Of a stretch of 29,282 nt of DNA, positions 10,901 through 24,402 are shown piece by piece. Position numbers and translations under genes: made by a program. The notes beneath the pieces were generated by a model. It was not told the DNA's origin, searched no databases, and was given only the letters and a program-made list of their open reading frames with translations. The number at the start of each line of letters is the position of its first letter. Positions within the stretch are counted from its first letter, which is position 1. Source of the stretch: Fistulifera solaris (lineage: Eukaryota); NCBI GenBank assembly GCA_030295235.1, contig AP026176.1:496001-525282 (forward strand), given 5' to 3'.

Positions 10901-13900
10901 TTAGTGAAATCTGCGGTACCCCAGTAATTTCCAGAGACAAAATAGCGACAACGCTGTTGCAGCGAGATCTTCAAAGCAAACATGTGTCAATGGTTTGCTG
11001 AACAAGAGTATCCATGTAATAAAAGGTACTTACGTTGAACCTCTTCCAGAGTACGCCGTAAAAGGAAATCGGTACCTGATGTTGCGGATTAAACACTGCA
11101 CAAAGGGCCATTCAGCACCGTCTGGCCAATTACGCCATGGGGCAGTCAAGGAAGGGAACTGTAGAATCGTGTCTTTGTGGACCCTTGGTATGTAAACAAT
11201 ACTGTCGCCAACTTGCGGGGTGTAGCTTTTCGTCCACCATAGGATGAATTGCTTTCAAGTCGACGAACCCAGGATCGACTAATCGATGCGCTCCTCGCGT
11301 CGGGTACACGAAAGAAGTGCGAGTCATAGTCTCGAATGAAAGGACCGGAAGGTTCGTTGTTGGTACTCATGTATTCTTCCAAACCACCCTCGGAATCCGA
11401 ATCATCATCTTCAATAAATCGTCGGCGACGACCACCAGCGGCAGGGGAATCGGGCATCACTAAAGAATCCTCCATGTCATCGTCGTCATCATCCGAATCC
11501 GAGGACTCATGCAGACGTCTACCAGCAGTTTCGTTGTACTCAAACTCCTCATCATCGGTGTCCGCCATTTCACTGTCATCGTCGTGACGATTTGATGACG
11601 CTTCTTCTCTCAAAATGTCAGTGTAGTCTCTCCATCGGTAGTTGTCTGACATGCGTCGTGGGCTTCTCGGTCTTGCTTCGGCGTCTGATGCAGCAGAAGG
11701 GGCCCAACTATCAGTTTTCCACCGATAGTATCTTCGCCTAGCATCACCGTGGTTTCTGGATCCAACCTAGCAATGACATTGCCATGAACAGGCATTTCGG
11801 TTTCGCTCATTTCTGCAGCGATTTGCCTGCAGTACTGTCGCTTGCACCTTGCCTCAACTTCGGAACTTGGCAACGGGCCTGTATTACCTCGCAAAGGTCG
11901 TTCACAAAGCTGCCCATGGCGTGCCCGCATTGGAACACCGGACGCCACGAGGAGCCAAATGTGGGGCTGCTCCGATCCGCGCTCGACACAATAGCCATTT
12001 TGATCATACAATAAATCATAGTAGTCGTTTGAAAAATACTGCTCCTTCATCCATGGCAAGTTCTTGCCATCAGTTTCATCTTTTGCCCAACGGAATCGAA
12101 AATTGACACGCGACCACTATCGTCCGTCAGCACTAGCAATGCCCGTCTGGCGAAAAGAACCATCTAAGTATCCACTAGGCTTCCCTTTGTCGCGAGCATC
12201 AATAGGGCCGAACTCTAACGTGTTTTGTGCTGGAATACACACTCGCCAATGGTTACATTCCAAATTTTGACTCGTCCATCGGCCCCAGCAGAGCAAAAGA
12301 TATCTGACTCCGAAGGATGTGGCACGAGAACAGGGCACTGCATCGAGTGCGCTCCAGAAATAGCGACTAGGCAGTTCCCACTTCTGCTATCCCAAACACA
12401 AATGAATTGACTTCCTGGGACAATGGCGCTGCCGCTTTGCTTCTCTAGCTCAGATTGCGACGTTACGATAGTCTCGTCCTGCGCGGTCCAGCAAGCCACA
12501 TCACAAGAAATACGCGAAGCAGCGGGAGCGCGTCGACGTGCGGGTGCTGATTCAGAACGACGAGGGTTGGAAAGTTGTATTAGAATATGCGAGGTCTTGC
12601 GGTTAGCCATAAGACGAGGATAGGAAGGATCAACGCTCCAGGACCATAACCGTACGACGCCCTCCTTTTGACTCGCACTGAGAAGGCGATCTCCTTTATG
12701 GGAATACGATAAATCAGTAATAGCACTATGATGTGCTTTGAGTTCCAGCAGTAGTTCTCCTGGAACAGAGAGACGGGAATTAGCAACGAGTGGCACTATT
12801 TCGCCTACACATCCGATGTTCACGTACCTTGATCTCGAAGATTTGAAGAGGTTCGCATGACTGGTGACTCATTTTCGATGAGTTCTAATGCTGGGTCAGC
12901 AACTTCTTTCCATATACGACATGTACCATCATCAGAACCTGTAGCAAAATGTAAGCCAAAGGGGCATTTCGCTACACAAAGAACTTTAATGAAAGACGAT
13001 CGTGTCCTTCCTTCATTCGGGTTCCCATGCGGTAATTTACAAAGCAGATCCACTCCTTCATCGAGATTATCGTTGAATACAAAGTCACCGGCTGATTCTT
13101 GATTTGCGTTGACATTGTTGTTCTCTAGTACATTCAAACCGTTACCTTCAGGCAAGGGTGGCAATGGAATTTGAGCCAGCGCTACCGGAGCATTTTCTGA
13201 CGACTCGAGTACCTGGTCCGGCGCTGCCTGGGTAGCTCCCTGGCCTTGCGTGTCCTGTAGTGAAGCTTGTAACACGACCTCAGTCATTGACTCAGCCGTG
13301 TTTGTAGCAGTTTTGTCATTATTTTGATGATATTCGAGGCGCTTGCCCACCCATTTTCCGTATCTTTTCAGCGCCGCATGACGAATATCCCAACACCGCG
13401 CCCATCCGTCGCTTCCAGCCGTCACTAATCGATAAGGACTGGTCCAAACGACGGTATTCGTGCCTCCCGCATGACCCCGCAAAATAGCTACAGGACTTCC
13501 ATCGACCAATCCCCAAACGCGGCAGTCACCGTCTTCCGATGCAGTCGCTAGAAACGCATTATCCGGAGACACATCAATATTGTTGATGACACCCGCATGT
13601 CCACGAAGTGTACACACCAAGAATGCACCGCGAATTTTAGAAAACGAATTGTCGGGCAAATTAGGGTGAAGCGTAGGATCCACGCAAAAGACGCGCACAA
13701 GATAATCATCCGCGCCGGTACAAAAATAGCGTCCGGTTTTGTCGAATTGCAAGCAATATACCGGGTAGGACAAGTGCGTGTTGATAGTGGCCGCATGATC
13801 GAGTCGATGCTGCAAAAGTACTTTCGAAATGGAATCATCGCGCTTTGACCAAGGACGCCGCAAAATGCGCGAAAACAACGAACTCGGCTTCGACGGCGTT

Positions 13901-14730
13901 TGAAAGTTTCGTCGCACATGCTGAAATCGCTGAAAAGCTTTTTCGCCGTGAACTTCAATTCCTGCAACCTGATACGATCGGTTTGCTGTGTAACCATCAA
14001 TTGTTGCAAGGGACGTTCGAGTTGCACTAACACGCGTTCACAAGCTTTCCGTTTTTTCCTCTCCTTGTTCGACATCGTCTGAGCAAGGATTTTGTTTCAG
14101 TTCACGCAAAACATTTGATTGAAAAGTAACAGATTGCTGCATCGTCATAATCTGTTCTTCATCGCCTTTGATTTTGTCTCGTAATTCCAAAAGCTTTCAT
14201 GCATGACTCCGCCGCCGTCTGTGTTTGCTGTGCTTTCGGATGTTCGGGCATTTGACACGGCCCTGTGACAACTTCAACGATTTGTTCGACTTGCTGAACG
14301 CTGCCAGTCGTTCGTCCCTCTCTCGACTGTCGTTGCTGCTCGGCTGCTTGCTCCAGCAGATTCACTGAGGAGTGCCCCGTTTCCTCGAACAATCGTGCGG
14401 ACTGGACTAAATGCAACAGCTGCTGCGGCGGACACGCCCTCTGCAAGCGAGCCTGTGAGAAAGAAGCGGGTTGTAACGATGACGATGACGTCTGTAAGGA
14501 TAAAAGAAAAGGAGTACGTAAGAAGCATTTCTCACTCATGTATCTTTTATTCATGCACAAGTAGAAAAACGCACCAAAGCCGTCGGACCGAATCCTCCGA
14601 CCGCAGCAAATGCTTCCGAAAGCTCTCGAGCAGCTCTTTGTATGCGTTCTTGGGCAAAGGAATCAGAAACCGTAACACTCGACAGCCAATGCGTGACAAG
14701 AAAGGGAAGCTCATCATGATCCGATTGCAT
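7986..14730 (-). CDS. BRWD1/PHIP-like WD40-repeat and double-bromodomain protein, multi-exon
   Basis: N-terminal MQSDHDELPFLVTHWL; WD40 repeats (VYCLQFDKTGRYFCTGADD, LRGHAGVINNIDVSPDNAFLATASEDG); YTPQVGD-type motif; VSPWEL; bromodomain 1 (FADPVN...YQSRVEVPMCL...NCIKYN); bromodomain 2 (FEEPV...YQSVIKEPMDF...NCILFN). Introns include 14574-14492, 12827-12760, 8436-8365 and 8131-8068; last exon ends ...RPRRRK* at 7986. Confidence 0.9.
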
Positions 14731-15482
14731 TGTTGCGGTTGTTGACGAATAATATAGAATAATGCAGTTCCTCCGCTTCTCTTTAAAAGGCTCTGGAGAT
14801 ACAAGGTTCCTTTGTTGCGGTAAGTAGAAGAAAGCTGTTCTTTTATGAAGCAGAGAAAAGAATGAATAAGATTGTCTTTGTGCTTGACGTGCGCTGTTAT
14901 TGAGAAGCAAGCGTGTTGGAGCGAGAGCGAGCATGGCGGAGGACGAGGTTTTGCCTCCCGCACGCATTTGCGCGCAGCGCGACTTCCGTCTACTGTGTAT
15001 CCTATACCAAAACGAGCGCGCATTGCCCGCCCGCGCGCGCAGTTCAATTTCCGCGTCTGTCTGTCGTGCCTTCGAAATTAGTCGGAAAAAGTAAACTACT
15101 TTTACAAGTTAGTAAAACAAAGACCAGTGCGAAAGGATGCATTTGATGGCATTATTCGTTCCGACAACATCGTCTATCATTTCATACCATGAAAGCTTTG
15201 AATCGACTGCTAGACTGGCTTAGTCTTTTATTAAATAACATGCAACGATTTTTGGATAGCTATGAAAAATTGACAGTCAAACCGCTGATCAAGTTTCTAC
15301 TATAGACACAAAATGTTGGTTTTACGACTTCATGACTGAATACTCAGTCCCGAGCAGGAACCGTTTTTCTTCTCGTTCCGCCGTCGCGAAAAGATCACGT
15401 CAAACTTCGAGAACGCGTCGTTTCAAAACAAACCATTACATTGCCTAACTTTAATTCTTTTTATTCGAGTCTTAACAGAAAT

Positions 15483-16281
15483 ATGCATCGCTGCTTGCCT
15501 TTGCTACAAACAGTAGCGCGTCCACTGCGACGCACCATATCCACAACGCCACCGCGCTTTGACAAAAGAAGCATCAAAGTGCCCAGCATGGGTGATTCCA
15601 TCACGGAGGTACGATTCATTGTTGCTATTTATTGCTTTATACTTCATCTCAGATACAATAAAAACTTCTCACACTTCCTTTAGGGAACGATTGTCGAATG
15701 GACGGCACAAGTCGGTCAGGCGGTTCAGGCGAACGACGTCGTTGCCCTCGTAGAGACCGATAAAGTGACCGTCGAAATTAAATCCGAGATCAGTGGCGTT
15801 ATTACCAAACAATTTGGTGCCATGTAAGTGCAAAGGGATGCGGCAAATTTCACACGCGTCTGTTTGGCTACTTACGTTCTTTTCAGCGATGAAACGGTCG
15901 AAGTAGGTGCGAATTTGTACGAGATTGATACAGATGCCTCCGCATCCGTATCGACGGAAGACATTCCCAAAGTAGAGTCGAAAGCGACGAATGAAAGCAG
16001 CACTCCAGTGGCGCCCAGTGCGTCGGCTCTTCCGCTAAAAGCACCGACAGCGAAGCCTACCTCACGTACGCCCTCGATTCACTTTTGGGAAAGGAAGGAT
16101 GGGCTACTCGACTCAGTGGTGGATCTAAACCAAGTCCAACGCCTCAACTCGTTTACATACCGCCCACGTATGGGCGACCCAAATTACGCAGGAAGAGATC
16201 GATGCATTGATTACGGGAGGTGCCGACTTAGCGCCGTCTGTGTTGGACTATTCCAGCGGGGCCAAGTTCCGGTCGTTTTGA
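15483..16281 (+). CDS. Mitochondrial lipoyl-domain protein with KGD4/MRPS36-like C-terminal region (putative 2-oxoglutarate dehydrogenase adaptor); introns 15609-15683 and 15824-15886
   Basis: Arg-rich presequence MHRCLPLLQTVARPLRRTIST; spliced lipoyl domain VPSMGDSITEGTIVEW...ALVETDKVTVEIKSEISGVI...VEVGANLYEID; A/P/T-rich linker; RTPSIHF(L)GK and, after two 1-nt corrections, YGRPK(F)TQEEIDALITGGA...KFRSF*. Confidence 0.75.
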
Positions 16282-16550
16282 CAACAAAAATACTAGACTA
16301 TAGCATTTTCGTCATGATAGTGTTACTGAGCAAACAATGACCGAGACACTCTTTGCAAAAGCATCGATCCGCCGTACGGTCATTCGCATTTGGTTTTCGG
16401 GTAGGTGATAATATAGATAGCATTTGTCTAGAAATAGAATAATTGGTCTTCATGCCTTACTTTTAAATCATTGACGTGAAGTTTGTTTTGCTGCTGCAGT
16501 GATAAAACGTAATCCTGCGGTAAAGTATTAGCATTGTTGCGAGAAGTCGC

Positions 16551-16591
16551 TTAGTCGTTAGTCGTTAGTAGTTGCTGACTCGTGACTCGTG
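16551..16591. repeat. Short heptamer tandem repeats (ttagtcg)x~3 and (tgactcg)x2
   Basis: ttagtcgttagtcgttagtag and tgactcgtgactcgtg in the intergenic spacer. Confidence 0.5.
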
Positions 16592-17111
16592 GTGAGCTCT
16601 AGAGCAATCACTAATCACAACTACTTCATAGTCTACACTAAGGGCATTCGGTACCCAAAATACAAAATAAGAACTTAGGACGTTTTTCAACGGAAAGCTG
16701 TTTGCTGTGTCTCGCTGAAGATCTTATAGCGCACCGTGTTCTCCAATTTCAACGTACTTTCGAGCTTATACTACTACTTTCCCTCCTATATATTGTTGAT
16801 CAGCTCTTTAAATACCGCTATCTTGGCGACACGATGATAGTGAAGTGTTGTTATCATGTTCCTATGTATCGTAAACGTTGCTTAGCAACCTTGCGCCGAA
16901 TGTCGCTCAACCGCTGCATCCTCACATTTTCATCGATCGCAGGGCAGGATCGCTGCTCTCTCGCAAGATTTTGAATTGTCAAGGAGGTGCACAGCGGATG
17001 CGCCTTGTCTGATGGCACAATCTTTTGTTGACCGTCCTCATTGGCTGAAAGGATCTTGGTAACAACGACAAGTTGTCACAAGAGCGATAACAATCAAGCT
17101 TCAGTTGGTTC

Positions 17112-19910
17112 ATGAGTGCACCGAAGGTTGTCAACAATGCCCCGGACCATGAGGTCAAGGCTCACAAAATGAAGCACGATCGACGCAACAGCGGGGTGAT
17201 ATCAACAGGTTCCAGCGATAGTCGTTACAGTGGACACGGCCCTCCGCCATCGGCATACCACCCTTACTATCATCATTATCAGCATCACCAATACCCGCAC
17301 TTTTACCACCAATCCCCACCCCAGATATTCAAACGCGCCATGGGGCACTTCCATTGCAGTCTGTGGTAACAACCTCTTTCAGTGCCGAGGAACGCGAAGC
17401 CGTACACGAACCTGGTGGCGTTGCTCATTCATCTCCGGAGATTCGAGTTGAGGCAGAAAAAGAGACGTGGAGCATCGCGAGGATTGGAGCACTCGGGAGG
17501 CTACCATCATAGTCCCCGGTTCCTCTGCCGGCCCATTTTCACACCGTGCCTATTCTGGTCCACCCGCAGTATACTACCAACCTCCGCTCAAACGAAACTA
17601 CTACCACCACAGTCGGCCAAGCGATGTCCGTCGTCCTTCTGTTCCGTCTGAGTTTAGTCCGCCGAAACGAACCAAGATCGATACAGCCTCGTCTAAGCAC
17701 AAGGTCGTAACTCCTCGGCAATTTTGGCAACCAGAGGATATGCATACATACCACATGAGTCGCACAAGTTCGTATCCTCCAGCTCCGTGGCCCTATCAAC
17801 AGCATTTGCATCCCTCTGCAAGTCCGTCGGCAAGTCCATCTTATTCAAGACCGGCCGCTATAAACCTTTCTCCTGGAAGCGAAAAGGATCAGCCGCCTCG
17901 CTGGGTATCAATTGCAGCGCCTGCTCCGGGACCTTGGGTATCCCTCCTCAGGGACCTCCACCAGCACCGTGGAATCAGTCATTTGACTCAAGTGAGGCTT
18001 CTTCCGGGTGCCCAAAGCAACTGAACAGGACCATCCAGAGAGTACCAAAGAGTCCAGTAGCCCTGCTTTGCGCAAGGACCTCGCCGAGCACGGGGTTTCT
18101 GGTAGTGAGAACGCACGCAAGATCAAAATGGAAAACGGTGAAATAATTCTCCTCTTGGCTCTTTCTCAAGACCGATCAGCGCTTAGTGAGACTCTTTGTA
18201 TCGTTCGGGAGGTAAGTTATATGTTACTAATGCGCCATGACGCTGATACGGAAAACTGACATAATTTGTTTCAGAATATTGAAATCTTTACAGCAACTCA
18301 AGAGGATGTTGATGCTCCGGCACCAGGACGCAAGCACTCCGTTTCCGTGGGACAAGTCGGCTTAAGATGCATTCATTGTCGCCATACAACAAAGGCGAGC
18401 GACCGCGTGAAGCGAGCAGTGTGCTATCCATCGTCGATCAAACGTATCTACCGAACGGTGATTGACATGAAGCTGGATCATTTTTCGCAATGTAAATTTG
18501 TTCCGTTATCCCTACAGAGCCATCTCAACGAGCTAAAATCTGTTCATTCTCGGAGTACGGGAACGACGATGCAGTATTTCATTCACGCGGCTCATATTCT
18601 CGGAATGGAAGATACTGAATCCGGGGTTCGTTTTTCAGACAAAGAAGGCAGACTAACTGACCTTGTCACGGTATCCGCAAAACGTCAGCGTTGCCGAATT
18701 TTCCGTCGCTGCCTTCGCTCCGTAGAAATTCGAATGCCTCTGAAAGCTCTACTACAAGGTTTCAGCCAATTACCGCGAATAGTTTCGACTCAGCAAGTCA
18801 GAGCACGCTTTCAATCACCGCCCCGGACAAGTATTACAACGGCATGGTGAGCTTGGCTCTACCTGAAGACGCAGCATCATTGAGTCCATTGAGATGCTTC
18901 TTGAGAGAGCAAGTTTGCGCTTTCTCTGCTACGGAAGAAGATATTGCTGTACGAGCGCCAACGACTTTCTCCATCAGGGTTGGACAAGTAGGAATCGGAT
19001 GTATTCACTGCGTTCGACAGGAGTCCAAACGACGATCCAATAGAGCTGTTTGTTTCCCTTTTTCTATCGGAAGGATCTATCAGTCGGTGGCTGATATTCA
19101 GCGATTTCATCTTGGTGAGTGCAAACAGATGCCGGCGGAAGTGAAAGAAAAATTTTGCAGCTACAAAATGCAAGCTCGAAAGGATCCAAGGGGTTAGCGA
19201 CTAGGCAATACTGGGTGACAGCGGCGAAGAAAATCGGACTGGTAGACACCGCTCAAGGATTACGTTTCGGGCGGGACCCGTCAAGATCTCAGTCCCCAAA
19301 GCCTTTTCGTTGGACATTCTAGCCCAGGCGGCTTTCAACATGACTACTGCTAGCAAGGAGTTAGTCAAAGAAGGAGACAAAGAGAGTATCGCGGAATTCC
19401 TGTACGTTGTTATGGAGCAGCTACGGCCTTGTCGCTTCACCGAAGCCGATCGTAATAAGCGTCGTTTAAAGGATGTTGGATGTATTGGAGTCGAGTGCAA
19501 GCATTGTGCTGGTCAAGTGGACGGAAGAAAGTTCTTTGGTCGAGCGTGAGTGCAGTCGAATCGAACTTCGTTTCCGTTCACACTCATATGTTGGAGTGTC
19601 CAATGATTCCGGCTGAGCTGAAAAACCGGTTGATCGAGCTCAAAGCACTGCGAAAGGAACAGACGTCAGCCTTAAAGAGTGGTTCTCAAAAGCTTTCTTC
19701 GCGAGGGTTTGGCGAAGACTGCATGATGAAGAAGACGACGATGCTGCCGAAGACGAACGTCTTGCGAACGAAATGATGTGCACAGACGAAGGCCGTGAAC
19801 AATCGGATTATGACACAGCTCAAACGAATGACGAGAACGAGACTCGCGATGGCCCGGCTGATGCAGAAGTGCTTGAGGTGGCCAGCAGCATGAAAATGGT
19901 TTCCGTATAG
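17112..19910 (+). CDS. Uncharacterised protein with Pro/His/Ser-rich N-terminus and three CxxC...HxxxC repeat domains (diatom-type family); intron 18212-18274
   Basis: QVGLRCIHC...RAVCYPSSIKRIY...HFSQC; QVGIGCIHC...RAVCFPFSIGRIY...HLGEC; GVECKHC...GRKFF...HMLEC. Intron GTAAGT...ctgac...CAG. Acidic tail ending MKMVSV* at 19910. Confidence 0.8.
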
Positions 19911-20109
19911 GCTGAATGGGGAAGGAAAAGAAACAGTTGATTTATATTATTTACATTTACATACACTTAACAAGAAAACAATTATGAGAGCCACCGTTAA
20001 TTTAATTACCTTAGATCGAACGACTACGATGAAGAATGCTGATAATATTTACATGGTAAATATATTGATACAATCCTCGATAAGAATAATGAGCAAAATC
20101 GATTAAAGT

Positions 20110-21767
20110 TTATATTTCACATTCAGCTTTTGATCGTCGTCTTGGAAAATCCAGTGACCAATCTCCTTCGTCCAGCATTTGCCTGGCTGATCTATGGATG
20201 AAAACCGGAGTTGACGTATCCCTACTACTCTCGCTGTTTCTTCTGATTGGTCGCGAAGAGCCTGAACGACCCTTTTGGTGAAACCAAGAGACGACCGCTT
20301 GTCGTCGTCGGTAGTGGTCTCTAAAGGGAGAAGTGCAATGGCCATCCTGCTCATTGGTCGATAGTTTTTCGTCGTCTGCATCATGTGACGAGCTCTGATA
20401 GAAATCCTCGCCGCCAATAGACGAAATGTCGTCGAATTTGTTACCCGTCAGAAATACACCTGGTAAACCTTCTACAATTTGAGGCAATTGTCCGTTCGTA
20501 TGACAGAAAGTATCCGCTTCTCGATCGGTGTCATCCGCCAGTACGTCTCTATGGAAATAGTAAATGGGATCCGATAGTCTTCGCTGGTGAGTCGGAGCGG
20601 GTTGCGCATAGTGCAGCGGGTCCGAGGCATTGCGCTGAAAAAGTGTCAGAGTGCTAGGCCTCCGGATCCATTCGGTGTGCGGCATTTCCAACATTTCGGT
20701 AACCTTCTGCGAGTCAAACGCATGGCCACTTTTCGGTCTCGCCATGGGTACACCTCGCAAGCTGGAAGTTGCGTGTAACGCTGACGCTGTGGCAGCGAAC
20801 AATCTCCTTCGTCCACCGTCCGGTTTAACACAAGCGGAGGCTCCGACGGATCATCAACATTCCCAAGATTTTCGTCGTAATTGTTCGGCAGCGAATTAGC
20901 GCCTTGAATAACAGCCTGGAATAGAGAATCGTCGTCTTTCTTCGGTGTACCGCACCAGTGGCTCGAATCGTCGTCAGTTTCAGAGGCGCTGTCAGCGTTG
21001 AAGCTCGTCTCTGCAACATGCGTGCCCGGTCTTTGTTGTTCTTCTTCCCCACGAGTCTGCTGTTGCAGCAGACATTCTTCCACGCGCCGATTAAAGCGAG
21101 CTCGCGCGGCCTCGAGAAGCTCCCTCGAGCACGTACATTCGCTGACTTTGTCTTGCTTGAAAACTGCTTGTACAGCAATTGATTTTTGTAAAGGAGGAGC
21201 CGCTGATCTTGTAAACGTTCGTCGTGAAGAAGCTTGCACCGTGCTGTAAAGAGATGCATCGGCGCATGATTCTTGATCCGTAAAGAGTATCTTGCCGCTT
21301 CCCAGTTCTCCAACCAAGCACGAGCGCTTGTTAGTTGCATCGTAGCTTCTTGAATCAAGCTAGGACGACCTGCCTTTGTTTCCGTTCCTTCCGAGCTATC
21401 TTGCATTTCGTAAGTAGTGAATGTCCGTGCGGAATCATTCTCGACAGAAACGATGTTATTCTCGTCTCGCTCGAATATAACTTCCTGATAGTTGCCTTTT
21501 AGCGCACTCTTTGAGACGACATTGTTTCGCTTTTGAGCTTCGTACTAACTATGCTGCGATAGGAAGTCGTCCAGCGAGTGCGTTCTTCCATTTGAGAGCT
21601 TTGCTGAGAAGTATCGTCTGTCGTGCAGGAGCGTTTTGAATCAAAGGATGATTTGTTGAGCAAAGGATGCGGCTCATATACAGCGCGGTTGGAGCATTTG
21701 ATTCGGTTGAGCGAATCAAAAGCCATCGCTTCTTCCGAGAGGATCTTTGAATGTCAATTCCGCTCAT
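20110..21767 (-). CDS. Hypothetical low-complexity protein (frameshifted)
   Basis: Chain of overlapping minus-strand ORFs (21767-21549, 21726-21499, 21406-, 21317-20646, 20802-20110) flanked by AT-rich spacers; no domain recognised. Confidence 0.55.
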
Positions 21768-22767
21768 GTTGCCGTTTGAATTGTTGTGTGACTGCTAGGA
21801 ATGCTCGTACGAGTTTAAACGAAATGTTTTCGTGTTTGAGGTGTTTTATGGTTGATGATGATGTAGAAAGAATGAATGACCCCGGCTTATGCGTCCACAA
21901 AGATGAAAATAATGAAAATTGTCGGTCCATAGCCTCCACATCCAGAGCAGAAGCTGCGGCTCGTCGGTGTTTGACAGGTTGAGCAAACCGGTCACTGATT
22001 TCCACGGAGAACCCAAAAGGAAGGCACAAAGCATCGGCGGGTCTGGTGGAAATTTCAAAAGCAGAATACGTTTTTACTAGGGAAGCTAGCTTATAGTAAT
22101 TTGATAGTAATTTTCTTCTTAGGCAAAAGACTATAACACAAAATGTGATCACTAACTAAATTATTCGAAAAGAATTACTTGGCTTTGCCGGGTTTCAAGA
22201 ATGACCAAAAGGGCGCGTTTTTTCTCCTTTCAAATAAGTAGAGAACATTTTCTTCTTTTCATCTGTACTTACAAATCTCAGTAAAGAAAAAAAGTAAAAA
22301 AGGTCAAAAGTCCTTTTCATTTCGGACAATCTATTTCATACATTTGTGTATCAAGAATCCAGAAACACTTCTTTTCCGAGCGCCTAAAGCCTACGCCAGT
22401 TGAGCCACGCCCTACACATTTCCGAAGAAAGATCTCCACAATATACGGCATTCACAAAATTTCGATTACAGTAAGAACGCCCAATTGTTTTCAACGGAAA
22501 ACGAACATTATTCACGACTCACAGTCACAGAGGACGAACATAACACATAACATCGACGATGACCATGACCGAATAAGCTTGGTGCTTGATTGGTTTACGG
22601 TTTACGCTTCACGCATTGCACGCATGTAGTTCAATTTGCGCAAAGTTAGTGCGCAGATGGATCTCGGCGCGATTAAGTACATTTTAAGCTTATTTATAAC
22701 TAGGAAGATTCATTTTACTAGGCGATAAGAATTTTGCACAGCCCAGGTCAACTAGTTGCCAACTTGG

Positions 22768-24402
22768 CTAGCACGCGAACGTCTGCCTCAGCCTATCAGC
22801 GTCACGGGACCTTATTCGCGATAATGCCATCTCTTTGATGTGACTGCGCCCTAACAATTGTGGCGGGGAGATGTCAGATGAATTCGCGGTCCTGGTATAA
22901 GAAATCGGTGTTACCGTGTCAATTCGTTGTTCGGATAACTTGTGATAGTCTCCAGCCAACATGGATGAAAGCCCTGCCGAGCTTCGGCTTGGAGGATCTG
23001 AACTACCTCCAGGTGAGCTCTTGTAAGCGTTTACCGTATCCTTTGTTTCCTCCGGAAAACTTCGATCCAACGCGTTTGCTTTCGTAAGGAATGCAGGTAA
23101 TCGCGACAAAATGGAATTCAATCGGTTTGTTGTGTCGGTAGTCCTTGCCGGCGAAGAAGGTTTATCGAACCAATCTGAGTTCCAGGCGACATCTTCATCG
23201 AACGGACACTGCATGAGCGATCGACTCGTTGGTGATATAGGAACTCTAGTAGCGACATCCCTCTTCGACTCTCTTCGCAAGTCTTCGTCACTTGGACATG
23301 TTCGTAGCACCTGAGTACTCCGAAGCAGCAAATCACGAGCGTACGAAGCGTTCCCGGCAAGTGCTGTTGTTGCCTCTGATGCAGGTGGTGACTGTGGCAT
23401 TTGATCGTCGTTTTATTTTCTTGACTCGGCGCAGATAAATCGTCTTTGCTTTTACACTAACGTAGCTGCCATCTCCTTCTACATTTTGATTTGTTTCGTG
23501 TTTGATACTAAAAGGACTTGGATCCGCAGTAAAGTAAAAGTCAGGAGGAAGCGAAACCGCATTGCCAGATATTCCATAGAGGATGCGCCCGCACTGCGAT
23601 TCGACGTGCGCATCGAGCGTTGCCGGCTTCTCATCAAAATTATCATATATTCTGATCTTTTGGATCGTTTCAAACACAGCATCATCGTCATCGCTCTCGT
23701 GCTCTTGTATTGAGTCACATTTGTCTTCTTCAAGAAAGCGATTCTGCTGTCGTTTCTCCATAATTGCTCGAAAGTGTTGTATTTGTCGGTTAGCATCTTC
23801 TAAATCAATCGATTGCGAATCGTTATCGGAGTCATCTGAACTAATATATCGAAGTTCGTCGCCTTTTTCTTCGCCTCCGCGAGACAAGGATATTAGCGAG
23901 GAATCATCAAGTATCTGAAAAGCGAACGTCCTCGTGAATTGTTTCGTATCACCGTAACCTATCATTTCGGAATGAACCTCATTCGGAGAGTAAGTCGTAT
24001 AGTCCTTACACAAAATATCCTTTATGTTTTTGTTCTTTGAGTATTCATCGACTTGTCCGTCATTTCGATCAGCTGACTTCTTTCTACTTAGTATTTCATA
24101 AGGAGCGCGCAAATCGAGATCGGATGACTCTGACGAATGTTTGTTCATTTTGCGCGTCTTTGCGATAAATAAGAACTAAAGCAGTCATGCGCACGAAACT
24201 GAAAGCGTGATGGCGGCTGTTGTGAATCGAAATGGGGAGAAGAACAGTTGAGAAGGTCCATCGCTTCCGACCACTTTTGACTCATTTGATGAAGACCGTG
24301 ATTCACGACTTCTTCTCCGCTATTTCTAGCTCGGGATATCAGATCGGGACGGAAATACCGATCCATTGTGTTGCCTGAATTCGAGGCAGTAGTGCTGTAC
24401 AT
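22768..24402 (-). CDS. Hypothetical Ser/Asp-rich protein (frameshifted)
   Basis: Abutting ORFs 24438-24145, 24148-23333 and 23400-22768; first ATG at 24402 (MYSTTASNSG); no domain recognised. Confidence 0.55.

Noticed and set aside
15483..16340. Full dihydrolipoamide succinyltransferase (E2o) gene
   Set aside because: No catalytic acyltransferase domain follows; the frame ends in KGD4-like motifs and an AT-rich 3' region.
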